DNA of 32,000 bases, taken from assembly GCA_026625185.1 (NCBI GenBank), contig CP113000.1, positions 1,545,622 to 1,577,621 of the forward strand, in the 5' to 3' direction. Made by a program: the position numbers and the translations under genes. This document shows, in pieces, positions 1 to 7,182 of the stretch. Each line of letters begins with the position of its first letter. Position 1 is the first letter of the stretch. The DNA comes from Thermodesulfobacteriota bacterium (GTDB lineage: Bacteria > Desulfobacterota > WTBG01 > JAGOGO01). The notes below the pieces were generated by a model. It saw nothing but the letters and a program-made list of their open reading frames with translations. It was not told the origin of the DNA and did no database searches.

Positions 1-612
1 GCCCCCAGCATATCCTATCGCCCGAGGCACGAGATTGGCGGGGATAATCATGAGCCATAAACCAACTACACATTGGGCAAAGAAAATGGCATAGGTAGAA
101 TCAGTCTCATGGAGACGTTTTATCGAAACCACTGCTATTCCCGAACAAAGAGCGCCCACTAGAGCTAAGGCTTCATATTTTCCAAATTTGGCAAACATAG
201 TCATCCCCTCGCCTTCACTTTTGAGAAGAGATATGCCGACTAACGCAATGGCAATCGCGCCCCACTTCAAAACGCCAATTCTCTCCTTAAGAAAAATAAC
301 ACTCATAATACTTGCGAAGATAGGATAGGAATAACTGATAATGGTCCCCTTAGCGATACCTAATTTCATTATTGACAAAAAAAGAAAAAAGACACCCGCG
401 CCGCCAGTCAGTCCGCGAAAAAAAAGAAGCCAGCCATTCACAAAATGGAGTTTTAGCTTTCCAAACAAAGCAGCGACTCCCAACAAACCTAAACCAATAA
501 CAAATCGAAAGAGTGTTGTTCGGTATGGATCAAGGAAAGAGGCATACTTTATGAGGCTGGCCATCACGCAAAAAGCCCCAGCTGATCCGCCCATCAACAC
601 TAAGCCTTTCAT
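1..612 (-). CDS. EamA/DMT-family transporter (partial; 3' end lies beyond window start)
   Basis: Absent from the ORF track because it runs off the window. Hand translation of the minus strand from the ATG at 612..610 gives MKGLVLMGGSAGAFCVMASLIKYASFLDPYRTTLFRFVIGLGLLGVAALFGKLKLHFVNGWLLFFRGLTGGAGVFFLFLSIMKLGIAKGTIISYSYPIFASIMSVIFLKERIGVLKWGAIAIAL... This is a run of hydrophobic helices with the FLKER-x7-G..I..G pattern typical of EamA repeats. An alternative in-frame ATG lies at 633..631. Confidence 0.7.
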   Translation of the reverse strand, partial: MKGLVLMGGSAGAFCVMASLIKYASFLDPYRTTLFRFVIGLGLLGVAALFGKLKLHFVNGWLLFFRGLTGGAGVFFLFLSIMKLGIAKGTIISYSYPIFASIMSVIFLKERIGVLKWGAIAIALVGISLLKSEGEGMTMFAKFGKYEALALVGALCSGIAVVSIKRLHETDSTYAIFFAQCVVGLWLMIIPANLVPRAIGYAGG

Positions 613-687
613 GGGATGGTCCTTGTTATTCATGCTTAAACCTGCCCTTATAAATCCTTTTTATGATGCTCACAATAAGAAAAGTTT

Positions 688-1041
688 TTATACCAAGCCG
701 CCTTTATTTGCATATCTTTGTTTTCTCCTCGTCATACTCTTCCCCTCACCCACCCCTCTCCCCACTGGGGAGAGGAATAGGGTAAGGGGTCTTGCGTCGA
801 TTCCTCGTGGCTGCCTCGATCCGTAGGCTTCTTCCGGCAAAACAGTAAAAGCTTTTGTATCCCCCATTGTCATTCCAAAAATTTTTTTTTCAAAACCCGG
901 CATCATTTCGCCGGCGCCGATGGTAAATTCAAGCGGCTTGCTGTCTTTTGAATTATCAAATATTTTTCCGTTTTCCGGTTTTCCGGTGAAATGTACTTTT
1001 ACTTTATCGCCATTTTTTGCTAAACTTATTTTTATATTCTG
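688..1041 (-). pseudogene. FKBP-type peptidyl-prolyl isomerase (SlyD-like) remnant, 3'-truncated and read through into the repeat element, with no canonical start codon
   Basis: The minus-strand frame is open from 1041 and reads QNIKISLAKNGDKVKVHFTGKPENGKIFDNSKDSKPLEFTIGAGEMMPGFEKKIFGMTMGDTKAFTVLPEEAYG, a classic FKBP/SlyD N-terminal half. From about 821 downward it continues as repeat-derived SRQPRGIDARPLTLFLSPVGRGVGEGKSMTRRKQRYANKGGLV*. There is no ATG/GTG/TTG between the upstream TAG (1044..1042) and the GDKVKVHFTG strand. The track ORF 688..906 is only the tail of this frame. Confidence 0.6.
690..821 (+). repeat. MITE-like element, copy A (right end, about 24 bp, missing)
   Basis: Aligns without gaps to copy B (11060..). 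By hand count there are about 14 mismatches over about 131 nt. Similarity ends abruptly after ...cctcgatc at 821. It has the left terminus ATACCAAG and the central hairpin CCCCTCACCC..CCTCTCCCCActgGGGGAGAGG..GGGTAAGGGG. Confidence 0.8.
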
Positions 1042-1177
1042 CTAAATGGCAATAAATATTTTTTCACCTTATAGTAATTTACTAATAAAGCAAACATTTT
1101 TCCCCTTGATTTATTTTTCTTTTGGTTAATTAAAAGAGCACGAGAGACTTTAAGGCCTAAAAATAAAGAACCCGCTG

Positions 1178-1846
1178 ATGATGAAAACAGAAAAAAAAGA
1201 AGCCAAAAAGGAAAAGGTCAAAAAGATTATCCCCCTGCTTAAAAAAATGCATCCTCAAGCACATTGTGAACTTGATCACCGCAATCCCTTGGAACTTCTT
1301 ATCGCCACCATCCTTTCAGCCCAGTGTACGGACAAACGAGTCAATCAGGTTACCCCGCACCTGTATAAAAAATACCCCCTTGCGAAGGACTACGCGGAAT
1401 CTGTTCCCGGAGAACTGGAAGGAGAGATTAAATCAACCGGTTTTTTTCGAAACAAGGCAAAAATGATACGGGAAGCCACCCGCGAACTGGCGACGCGTTT
1501 TGGCGGAAAGGTGCCGGATCGTTTGGAAGACTTGATCACCCTCCCGGGAATCGGCCGGAAGACGGCTAATGTCATTTTAGGAACCGCCTTTGGAGTACCG
1601 GGAATCGTGGTTGACACCCATGTGCTTCGGGTAAGTGAACGTCTGGGATTAACAAAAAATACCGACCCGGCAAAGGTGGAAGTTGATTTAATGGAGATTG
1701 TACCGAAAAAGGCGTGGATCGATTTTTCATACCTCCTTGTCTTTCAAGGCCGGTATACCTGCAATGCCCGTAAGCCGCTTTGTGGCCAATGCTCCCTTCC
1801 CCCGTATTGCGACTACTTTCAAAAATCCCTGCCCTTAAAAAGATAA
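1178..1846 (+). CDS. nth: Endonuclease III (DNA glycosylase/AP lyase)
   Basis: 222-aa ORF. HhH-GPD signatures LELLIATILSAQCTDKRVN and LPGIGRKTANVILG are present. The C-terminal 4Fe-4S ladder C-x6-C-x2-C-x5-C is seen as CNARKPLCGQCSLPPYC. Confidence 0.92.
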   Translation: MMKTEKKEAKKEKVKKIIPLLKKMHPQAHCELDHRNPLELLIATILSAQCTDKRVNQVTPHLYKKYPLAKDYAESVPGELEGEIKSTGFFRNKAKMIREATRELATRFGGKVPDRLEDLITLPGIGRKTANVILGTAFGVPGIVVDTHVLRVSERLGLTKNTDPAKVEVDLMEIVPKKAWIDFSYLLVFQGRYTCNARKPLCGQCSLPPYCDYFQKSLPLKR

Positions 1847-2541
1847 GACCTTCGTCTTTGGAATCCCTTTCGCGTGGGAACAAGGCTTATGAGTATCATT
1901 CCAAGAATAAAGCCGCCCACATGGGCCCACCAGGCTACTCCACCGCTCCCTGTTTGCGCGGTTGCCGCACCTGATAATGTACCGCTAAAAAACTGGAGCA
2001 CAAACCAAAAAACCAAGAGAATAACCGCAGGTATTTCAATCACCGTAAGATAAAAAAAGATCGGCACCAAGGTTACCACGCGGGCAAACGGAAACGAGAT
2101 AAGATAAGCGCCTAATACTCCGGCAATCGCACCACTTGCACCAACACATGGCGTCGTAGAGTTGGGGTTTAGAATAACATGGGACACAGCCGCGCCGATG
2201 CCACACACTAAATAAAAGATAAAAAACCGCACATGTCCCAGACGATCCTCAACATTGTCTCCGAAAATCCAGAGGTACCACATGTTGCCGATGACATGAA
2301 ACCAGCCCCCATGGAGAAACATGGAGGTAAAGAAAGGAAAGAAAATGGACCTTAGTGATATTCCCTGGCTTTCTCCCAAAAAAACAATCCGGGCGGGGAT
2401 TAAAGCATAGCGATGCAAAAAGGGGGTCGGGTTTTCCCTCAGTGAAAGCTGATAAATAAAAACCAACACATTAGCGATAATCAAGAGCACCGTGACCAGC
2501 GGAAATCTTCCCGAAGGATTTTTGTCGCGTAAAGGAATCAT
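1819..2541 (-). CDS. Rhomboid-family intramembrane serine protease
   Basis: 240-aa polytopic ORF with WFHVIGNMWYLWIFG (HxxxN), the catalytic GASGAIAGVLGAY (GxSG) and AHVGGFILG (catalytic His). Confidence 0.88.
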   Translation of the reverse strand: MIPLRDKNPSGRFPLVTVLLIIANVLVFIYQLSLRENPTPFLHRYALIPARIVFLGESQGISLRSIFFPFFTSMFLHGGWFHVIGNMWYLWIFGDNVEDRLGHVRFFIFYLVCGIGAAVSHVILNPNSTTPCVGASGAIAGVLGAYLISFPFARVVTLVPIFFYLTVIEIPAVILLVFWFVLQFFSGTLSGAATAQTGSGGVAWWAHVGGFILGMILISLVPTRKGFQRRRSYLFKGRDF

Positions 2542-2660
2542 TGTTCCGTTAAAGTGTCTCCACTAAGAAAATTTAGAAACCGGCAAAGCAACCAAAGATA
2601 AATTCCACGTAACCTACTTTTTCCGGATACATCACGAAAAGAATACCGAGCCACAAGATT

Positions 2661-3092
2661 TTAAAACGTTCCCAATTGGCAGAAGTTAATTTTAATCCTC
2701 ATTTTTTCACACGCCGACGAAATCACCATCTTTGGCACTTTGCATTTTGCCGCCAGCGTTAAAGCTGCAGCACAGGAGAGGCGGCCATTCACGAGTTCTT
2801 TTTGAATTGCTTCTTCTAAATCCGTTGCAACGGATTCCGCTGGTTTCACCACCTTCCCTTGCGGTGGATAGCCAAAAAGTCCGAGTTGACATTTCACAAT
2901 AGGGATCTCCAGGAGGTCCGCATTGCGGCCTACGTCGCCGGGCTTAACTGATAAATCCCCGGCAATCTTAAAAGCATTAGCACAGAAAAGCTCTCCTTCA
3001 ATAACCTCCGAGCGAATTGCCTGAGCAATTTTTTCATTTAATCGAGCATCCGTATGTTTTTGGGCAAAATGCCCTTTGTTTTCCCTCGTCAT
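2661..3092 (-). CDS. Hypothetical protein with two tandem ~60-aa Cys-containing repeats, last gene of the feo cluster
   Basis: 143-aa ORF. It shows an internal duplication: EGELFCANAFKIAGDLSVKPGDVGRNADLLEIPIVKCQLGLFG versus NGRLSCAAALTLAAKCKVPKMVISSACEKMRIKINFCQLGTF. I could not assign a family by eye. Confidence 0.55.
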   Translation of the reverse strand: MTRENKGHFAQKHTDARLNEKIAQAIRSEVIEGELFCANAFKIAGDLSVKPGDVGRNADLLEIPIVKCQLGLFGYPPQGKVVKPAESVATDLEEAIQKELVNGRLSCAAALTLAAKCKVPKMVISSACEKMRIKINFCQLGTF

Positions 3093-3128
3093 AAATTTTT
3101 CCTCCGTTCGTTTAATGTGGTTTTTTTT

Positions 3129-3773
3129 TTAAACCTGTCTCACATAAATTTGCGCTGCCATCTCTTGGTCAAGGGCAAACTGACTGTTCCCAAGCTGAAT
3201 CACGTAGGAGGGGAACTTCTGGAGGAGCAGAATTTCGGTTTTAGGCAATACCCCCATTGCGATCATCTTTTGGAGAACATCCCGGTTTCCGGTTTGCAAA
3301 TATGCTACTTTCCCCCTTTTTTTTATTTCCAGTTCAGCTAACGGCATAATAATTTTTTTAAGGGTTTCTTTGGACGCGCCCCGGCAGCAACTCCCTGGTG
3401 GAATCGGCTTCCCATGAGGGCAAGTCTTTGGATGTCCGAGGAGCGTACAAATACTTTTTTCCAGGTCTTTATGAATGAGGTGTTCAAATTTACAACTTGT
3501 TTCATGAATTAATTTACTCTTTTCAACAAACACATCCGTCATAAGCCTTTCCGCCAGGCGGTGCCGTCTGATACACTTCTGGGCCTCCATTTTACCTGCT
3601 TCAGTCAAACCAAGCTGGTTTTCCTTAACAAGGACATACCCCATGCTTATTAAATCTTTCACGGCGTCATCGTCTTTTAACAGGCTGAAGTCGCTTTTAT
3701 CTTTCTGCCCCTCTACCGTAATAATCCAGAGCGACTCCAGGAGCTCTTCAATCCTCTCTTTGCGTTCCATCAT
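3129..3773 (-). CDS. DtxR/IdeR-family metal-dependent regulator with C-terminal FeoA/SH3-like domain
   Basis: 214 aa. The DtxR dimerisation/metal-site signature is RRHRLAERLMTDVF...FEHLIH...LGHPKTCPHGKPIP. The C-terminal ~75 aa (GKVAYLQTGNRDVLQKMIAMGVLPKTEILLLQKFPSYVIQLGNSQFALDQEMAAQIYV) matches the FeoA/SH3 pattern. Confidence 0.75.
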   Translation of the reverse strand: MMERKERIEELLESLWIITVEGQKDKSDFSLLKDDDAVKDLISMGYVLVKENQLGLTEAGKMEAQKCIRRHRLAERLMTDVFVEKSKLIHETSCKFEHLIHKDLEKSICTLLGHPKTCPHGKPIPPGSCCRGASKETLKKIIMPLAELEIKKRGKVAYLQTGNRDVLQKMIAMGVLPKTEILLLQKFPSYVIQLGNSQFALDQEMAAQIYVRQV

Positions 3774-3791
3774 GTTTTAACCTCCTCTTGT

Positions 3792-5246
3792 TTACAAGCT
3801 GATCCCGAAGTTATATAACACCAGATTAACCACAAAAGCAACCGCAAAGGCAACCACTAAGGTAAAAAGCGATACACTCAATCCCGTCTTCCATCCCCGT
3901 TCTTTAAGATTCATCAAAAATTGAGCAACACAGGGAAGAAATAAAGTCAACGCTACACAGGCTACCAGCAGCTGGTCTCCGGTCAATAACCCGGCTTTAT
4001 GGAGGTCATAAAGACCGGCTGCTCCATAGTCACGCCGGAAAAAGCCGAAAAGGAATACCTTAGCCGCCTCCTTCGGAAGCCCAACCATTGTTACCGGTTT
4101 GGTAAATAAGAAGATCAAAAGATCGAAGAGCCGCGTAAGCTTACCTAACCAGATTAAAACGCTTGCCAGAAGAAACAAGGGCAGAATCTCCCAGAAATAC
4201 CACTTCACACGGGTATAGGTCTTGGTTAAGATATTGCCGAGATGAGGCAACCTCAGCGGCGGAATTTCAATATAAAAAGACGGCCTTTCGCCGGGAAGAA
4301 GTTTTGCGGTTAAAAATCCAACAAACAAAAACACCATCATAATAATTCCTGCCCAGAGCACCATCGCCATAGGATGCCCCCCGAGCAGCGCCAGGATTAC
4401 TCCTAATTGCGCGGAGCACGGAACTGCCAGGGCTAAGAGCATGGTAGCGATAAGCCGCTCCCGCTTCGTAGGAAGGGTCCGGGTAACCAGCGTGGCCATG
4501 GTTGCGCAACCAAACCCTAACACCATCGGGATTACCGCCCTTCCGCTCAGGCCGATTCTTTTAAAAGTCCGGTCAATCAGCATTGCCAGGCGGGGAAGGT
4601 AGCCGGTATCTTCAATAACTGAAAAGAAGAGGAAAAAGAACGTAACGATGGGAAGGATAAGCGCTACTGAGTATCGCAGCCCGAGGGTTAAAAGGCCATA
4701 CTCCCCTACTACCAGGTCCTGAAGAATCCTCCAGGGAATAAGGTAAGAAAAGGTTTTTACCAAGACCGGATTAAGGTAGGCATTATAAATCCTCTCTTCA
4801 AGGTACCCTACGACCGTACCGGCTCCAAAGACTCCCACAAATTTATAGAGTCCGAAATAAAGGATCAAAAAAAGGAGGGGGAAACCCGCTATGGGGTTCA
4901 TCATTAAAGCACTTATTTTCTCAGCAATCCTTTGTTCCTTTTGTTTGACTTTGACCACCCGGTTGATGATCCTTTCAACTTCGTCACGACGGCGCAGAGC
5001 AATTTCATATTCAATTGGATAAGCATAGTGTGCCTTCACCCCGGAAATGATTTTTTCAATGTGACTCATAATTGCCGGCTGGCTTTCCTGCACCATCTCC
5101 TGTATCTCGTGGTCTTCTTGAAGCAAGAGCAGACCCACAGCGCGACGCGAGAGCGGATAGTGGTCGTGAAGCAATCCTTCAATAGCTCCCAATGCTATTT
5201 CTAAAGACTGTTCTATCGGTCCATCATGATTTTTTTCGATTTGCAT
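3792..5246 (-). CDS. feoB: Ferrous iron transporter FeoB, helical S-domain plus membrane (Gate) domains, encoded as a separate ORF
   Basis: 484-aa ORF. The N-terminal ~100 aa are soluble and helical, followed by a polytopic membrane region typical of the FeoB C-terminus. It overlaps the G-domain ORF by 23 nt in a different frame. Confidence 0.85.
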   Translation of the reverse strand: MQIEKNHDGPIEQSLEIALGAIEGLLHDHYPLSRRAVGLLLLQEDHEIQEMVQESQPAIMSHIEKIISGVKAHYAYPIEYEIALRRRDEVERIINRVVKVKQKEQRIAEKISALMMNPIAGFPLLFLILYFGLYKFVGVFGAGTVVGYLEERIYNAYLNPVLVKTFSYLIPWRILQDLVVGEYGLLTLGLRYSVALILPIVTFFFLFFSVIEDTGYLPRLAMLIDRTFKRIGLSGRAVIPMVLGFGCATMATLVTRTLPTKRERLIATMLLALAVPCSAQLGVILALLGGHPMAMVLWAGIIMMVFLFVGFLTAKLLPGERPSFYIEIPPLRLPHLGNILTKTYTRVKWYFWEILPLFLLASVLIWLGKLTRLFDLLIFLFTKPVTMVGLPKEAAKVFLFGFFRRDYGAAGLYDLHKAGLLTGDQLLVACVALTLFLPCVAQFLMNLKERGWKTGLSVSLFTLVVAFAVAFVVNLVLYNFGISL

Positions 5247-5817
5247 ATCCTACGATCCTCTCCTTCAGGGTATCCATCCCCGTTTTTGTGGTTGAAATTG
5301 TCCCCACCACTGGAATCCCAAGGAGTTTCTCTAAAAGAGTAAATTCAATTTTGATCCCGGCTTTTTGGGCTTCATCCATAATATTCAAAACCAAAATGAC
5401 CGGAAGTCCGGCTTCGATAAGTTGAAGGGTGAAGGCTAACATTCTTTCTAAGTTTTTAGCATCAACAACATGTAAAACAATGTCCGACCTTCCTTGAATT
5501 AAAATTTTTCTTCCCACCCGTTCCTCTTCAGTGATTGGGGTTAACGAATACATTCCCGGAGTATCGATGACCTCAAATTTTACTCCTTTGATGTCCGCAA
5601 ATCCGCTGGTAACTTCAACCGACGTTCCCGGATAATTGGAAACCGTAACATAACTATTCGTAAGATTGTTAAACAAGACGCTTTTGCCCACATTGGGGTT
5701 GCCGATAATGACAATCTTTTTGGGTTGATCAGGCATTCCTCCAGCATTCTCAGGAGTTGCCGAAGAAGGCAAATTATTTTTTTGTTCCAGCCGAGTTTGT
5801 TTCATAGTAACGCCCAT
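5224..5817 (-). CDS. feoB: Ferrous iron transporter FeoB, GTPase (G) domain only
   Basis: 197 aa. Motifs seen are G1 GNPNVGKS, G2-region NYPGTSVE, G3 DTPG and G4 LNIMD. The ORF ends (…TLKERIVGYANRKKS*) immediately after an A7 run. Confidence 0.85.
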   Translation of the reverse strand: MGVTMKQTRLEQKNNLPSSATPENAGGMPDQPKKIVIIGNPNVGKSVLFNNLTNSYVTVSNYPGTSVEVTSGFADIKGVKFEVIDTPGMYSLTPITEEERVGRKILIQGRSDIVLHVVDAKNLERMLAFTLQLIEAGLPVILVLNIMDEAQKAGIKIEFTLLEKLLGIPVVGTISTTKTGMDTLKERIVGYANRKKS

Positions 5818-5838
5818 GTTGTTAAAATCAAATTTTTA

Positions 5839-6396
5839 TTATCCCTTCTTATCCCGAGACATTTTTTTGTCAGCACCCTTTCCACCCAACGTGCCTTTCT
5901 TTTTTGAGAAAAACTGATCCAGGGAGTCTTTCAAATGTTCTACGCATTCCTCTCGTGAGACGCCTTGTTGGCAATGAGTTTTAAAATACCCCCAAAAATC
6001 AAAACTTCCCTTGGGACACGCCTCAATTAAACCAATGAATTCCATCAGCTTCTTGAGGGTAGCAGAGCTAACCGCATGTTCCATCCGACACGCTTCAGCA
6101 TTTGCCTGCTTGGCATTAACTTTAAGCACGTTTTTTAAAAAATTATAAAGTACCATGTGCTTGTGCACAGCCTTTTGGGCTTGTCTGAGCCCCAACGAAG
6201 TCAATTCCACATAATCATATCGCTCATGGTTTATCAGCTCTTTTTTAGCCAAAGTATTTAGCATTGACGTTACGCTCGGCATTTTTACCTGCATCCCATT
6301 GGCAATATCACGAACCCTGACAACTTTATTCTCTTGCTTTAGTTTCACTATTAATTCCAAATAATCTTCCATTGCTGAGGTAAGCGCTTTTCCCAT
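5839..6396 (-). CDS. DtxR/MntR-family metal-dependent transcriptional regulator
   Basis: 185 aa. MEDYLELIVKLKQENKVVRVRDIANGMQVKMPSVTSMLNTLAKKELI is the N-terminal wHTH of the DtxR family. It is followed by the HKHMVLYNFL...CRMEHAVS metal-site/dimerisation region. Confidence 0.8.
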   Translation of the reverse strand: MGKALTSAMEDYLELIVKLKQENKVVRVRDIANGMQVKMPSVTSMLNTLAKKELINHERYDYVELTSLGLRQAQKAVHKHMVLYNFLKNVLKVNAKQANAEACRMEHAVSSATLKKLMEFIGLIEACPKGSFDFWGYFKTHCQQGVSREECVEHLKDSLDQFFSKKKGTLGGKGADKKMSRDKKG

Positions 6397-6444
6397 GGGA
6401 GTTCCTTTTGGAAAATAAAAAATATTTAGAGGATTTTTATAATC

Positions 6445-6479
6445 TTAGATTAGTCTAACTTTTAAAAATAATTTGTCAA
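6445..6479 (-). promoter_or_regulatory. Putative sigma70 promoter of the feo operon overlapped by a DtxR-box-like operator
   Basis: The minus strand reads TTGACA (6479..6474), a 16-nt spacer, then TAGACT (6457..6452). The plus-strand 19-mer 6445..6463, ttagattagtctaactttt, matches the C. diphtheriae DtxR consensus TTAGGTTAGCCTAACCTAA at 14 of 19 positions. Its core inverted repeat is TTAGA-ttag-TCTAA. The site lies 49-67 nt upstream of the ATG at 6396. Confidence 0.45.
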
Positions 6480-6510
6480 GTCCCTTGTTAATAAGCTTAC
6501 CACTTCCCCC

Positions 6511-6539
6511 TTGACTAATGTCGCATAGGGATTTATATT
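6511..6539 (+). promoter_or_regulatory. Putative sigma70 promoter for the 6593 ORF
   Basis: TTGACT (6511..6516), a 17-nt spacer, then TATATT (6534..6539). A strong RBS, AAAGGAGGA, lies upstream of the ATG at 6593. Confidence 0.45.
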
Positions 6540-6592
6540 TTTAATGAAAATTTTTTCTGTATCCATACTTTATTAATAAAGGAGGATGCTCA

Positions 6593-6979
6593 ATGCAAGA
6601 AATCGCCACCCTATCAAAAGAAGAGATCAAAGCTACGCTCATCGCAACTCACCGGGAAAACCAAATTCTTTGGAGGAAATGGCTTAATCAAACCAAGGAT
6701 TTTCCCGCAAAATCCGGACTGTATCGTTACCGCGAGGGATTTGACACCGCTATTTTAAACTTAGCCCAGAAGTTGCACATCACTCTTGGTGTCTCAAGTA
6801 TCCCGGCAAAAAACCAAAAAAAAAATACCGTCATTACTTTGGAAAGAATTTCCGTTCTTCCTAATCCACCAGCGGTTACCTGCCTTTATTGTCATGAACC
6901 TCTTTTTAGGAAAAGCTCCAAGCGTTGGTACTGCCCGTCCTGTAAGGTTAATTTCCGACTTCGGCAAGAAGAGGGTTAA
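6593..6979 (+). CDS. Hypothetical protein with C-terminal CxxC...CxxC zinc ribbon
   Basis: 128-aa ORF with a good RBS. The C-terminus is CLYCHEPLFRKSSKRWYCPSCKVNF. I recognised no family. Confidence 0.55.
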   Translation: MQEIATLSKEEIKATLIATHRENQILWRKWLNQTKDFPAKSGLYRYREGFDTAILNLAQKLHITLGVSSIPAKNQKKNTVITLERISVLPNPPAVTCLYCHEPLFRKSSKRWYCPSCKVNFRLRQEEG

Positions 6980-7182
6980 CCTTTTAAACGGGTTGCGAGA
7001 AATTCGGTTTTAAAAAAATAAAGACAAAGAGATCAAAAAGCTGATCTGAAAATGGTTAAAACCTAACAACTCCCGATCTAAGGGGATATATGCCAGGATC
7101 GGCCACACAAGCATTGCCTGTTGCCAACATATATAAAAGTGGGAAGAATATATCGGGGGATCATGATGGGTAAGGCAAAAAT

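Noticed and set aside
341-826. 161-aa plus-strand ORF (K/P-rich)
   Set aside because: It is entirely antisense to the well-supported EamA transporter frame and then runs into the MITE-like repeat. Its composition is low-complexity and it has no RBS.
6816-6826. A10-containing run (aaaaaccaaaaaaaaaat) inside the 6593 ORF, with an overlapping alternative-frame ORF at 6786..7013, as a possible slippage or recoding site
   Set aside because: The alternative frame has no recognisable features and the main frame ends in a coherent zinc ribbon. A-runs are common in this AT-rich genome.
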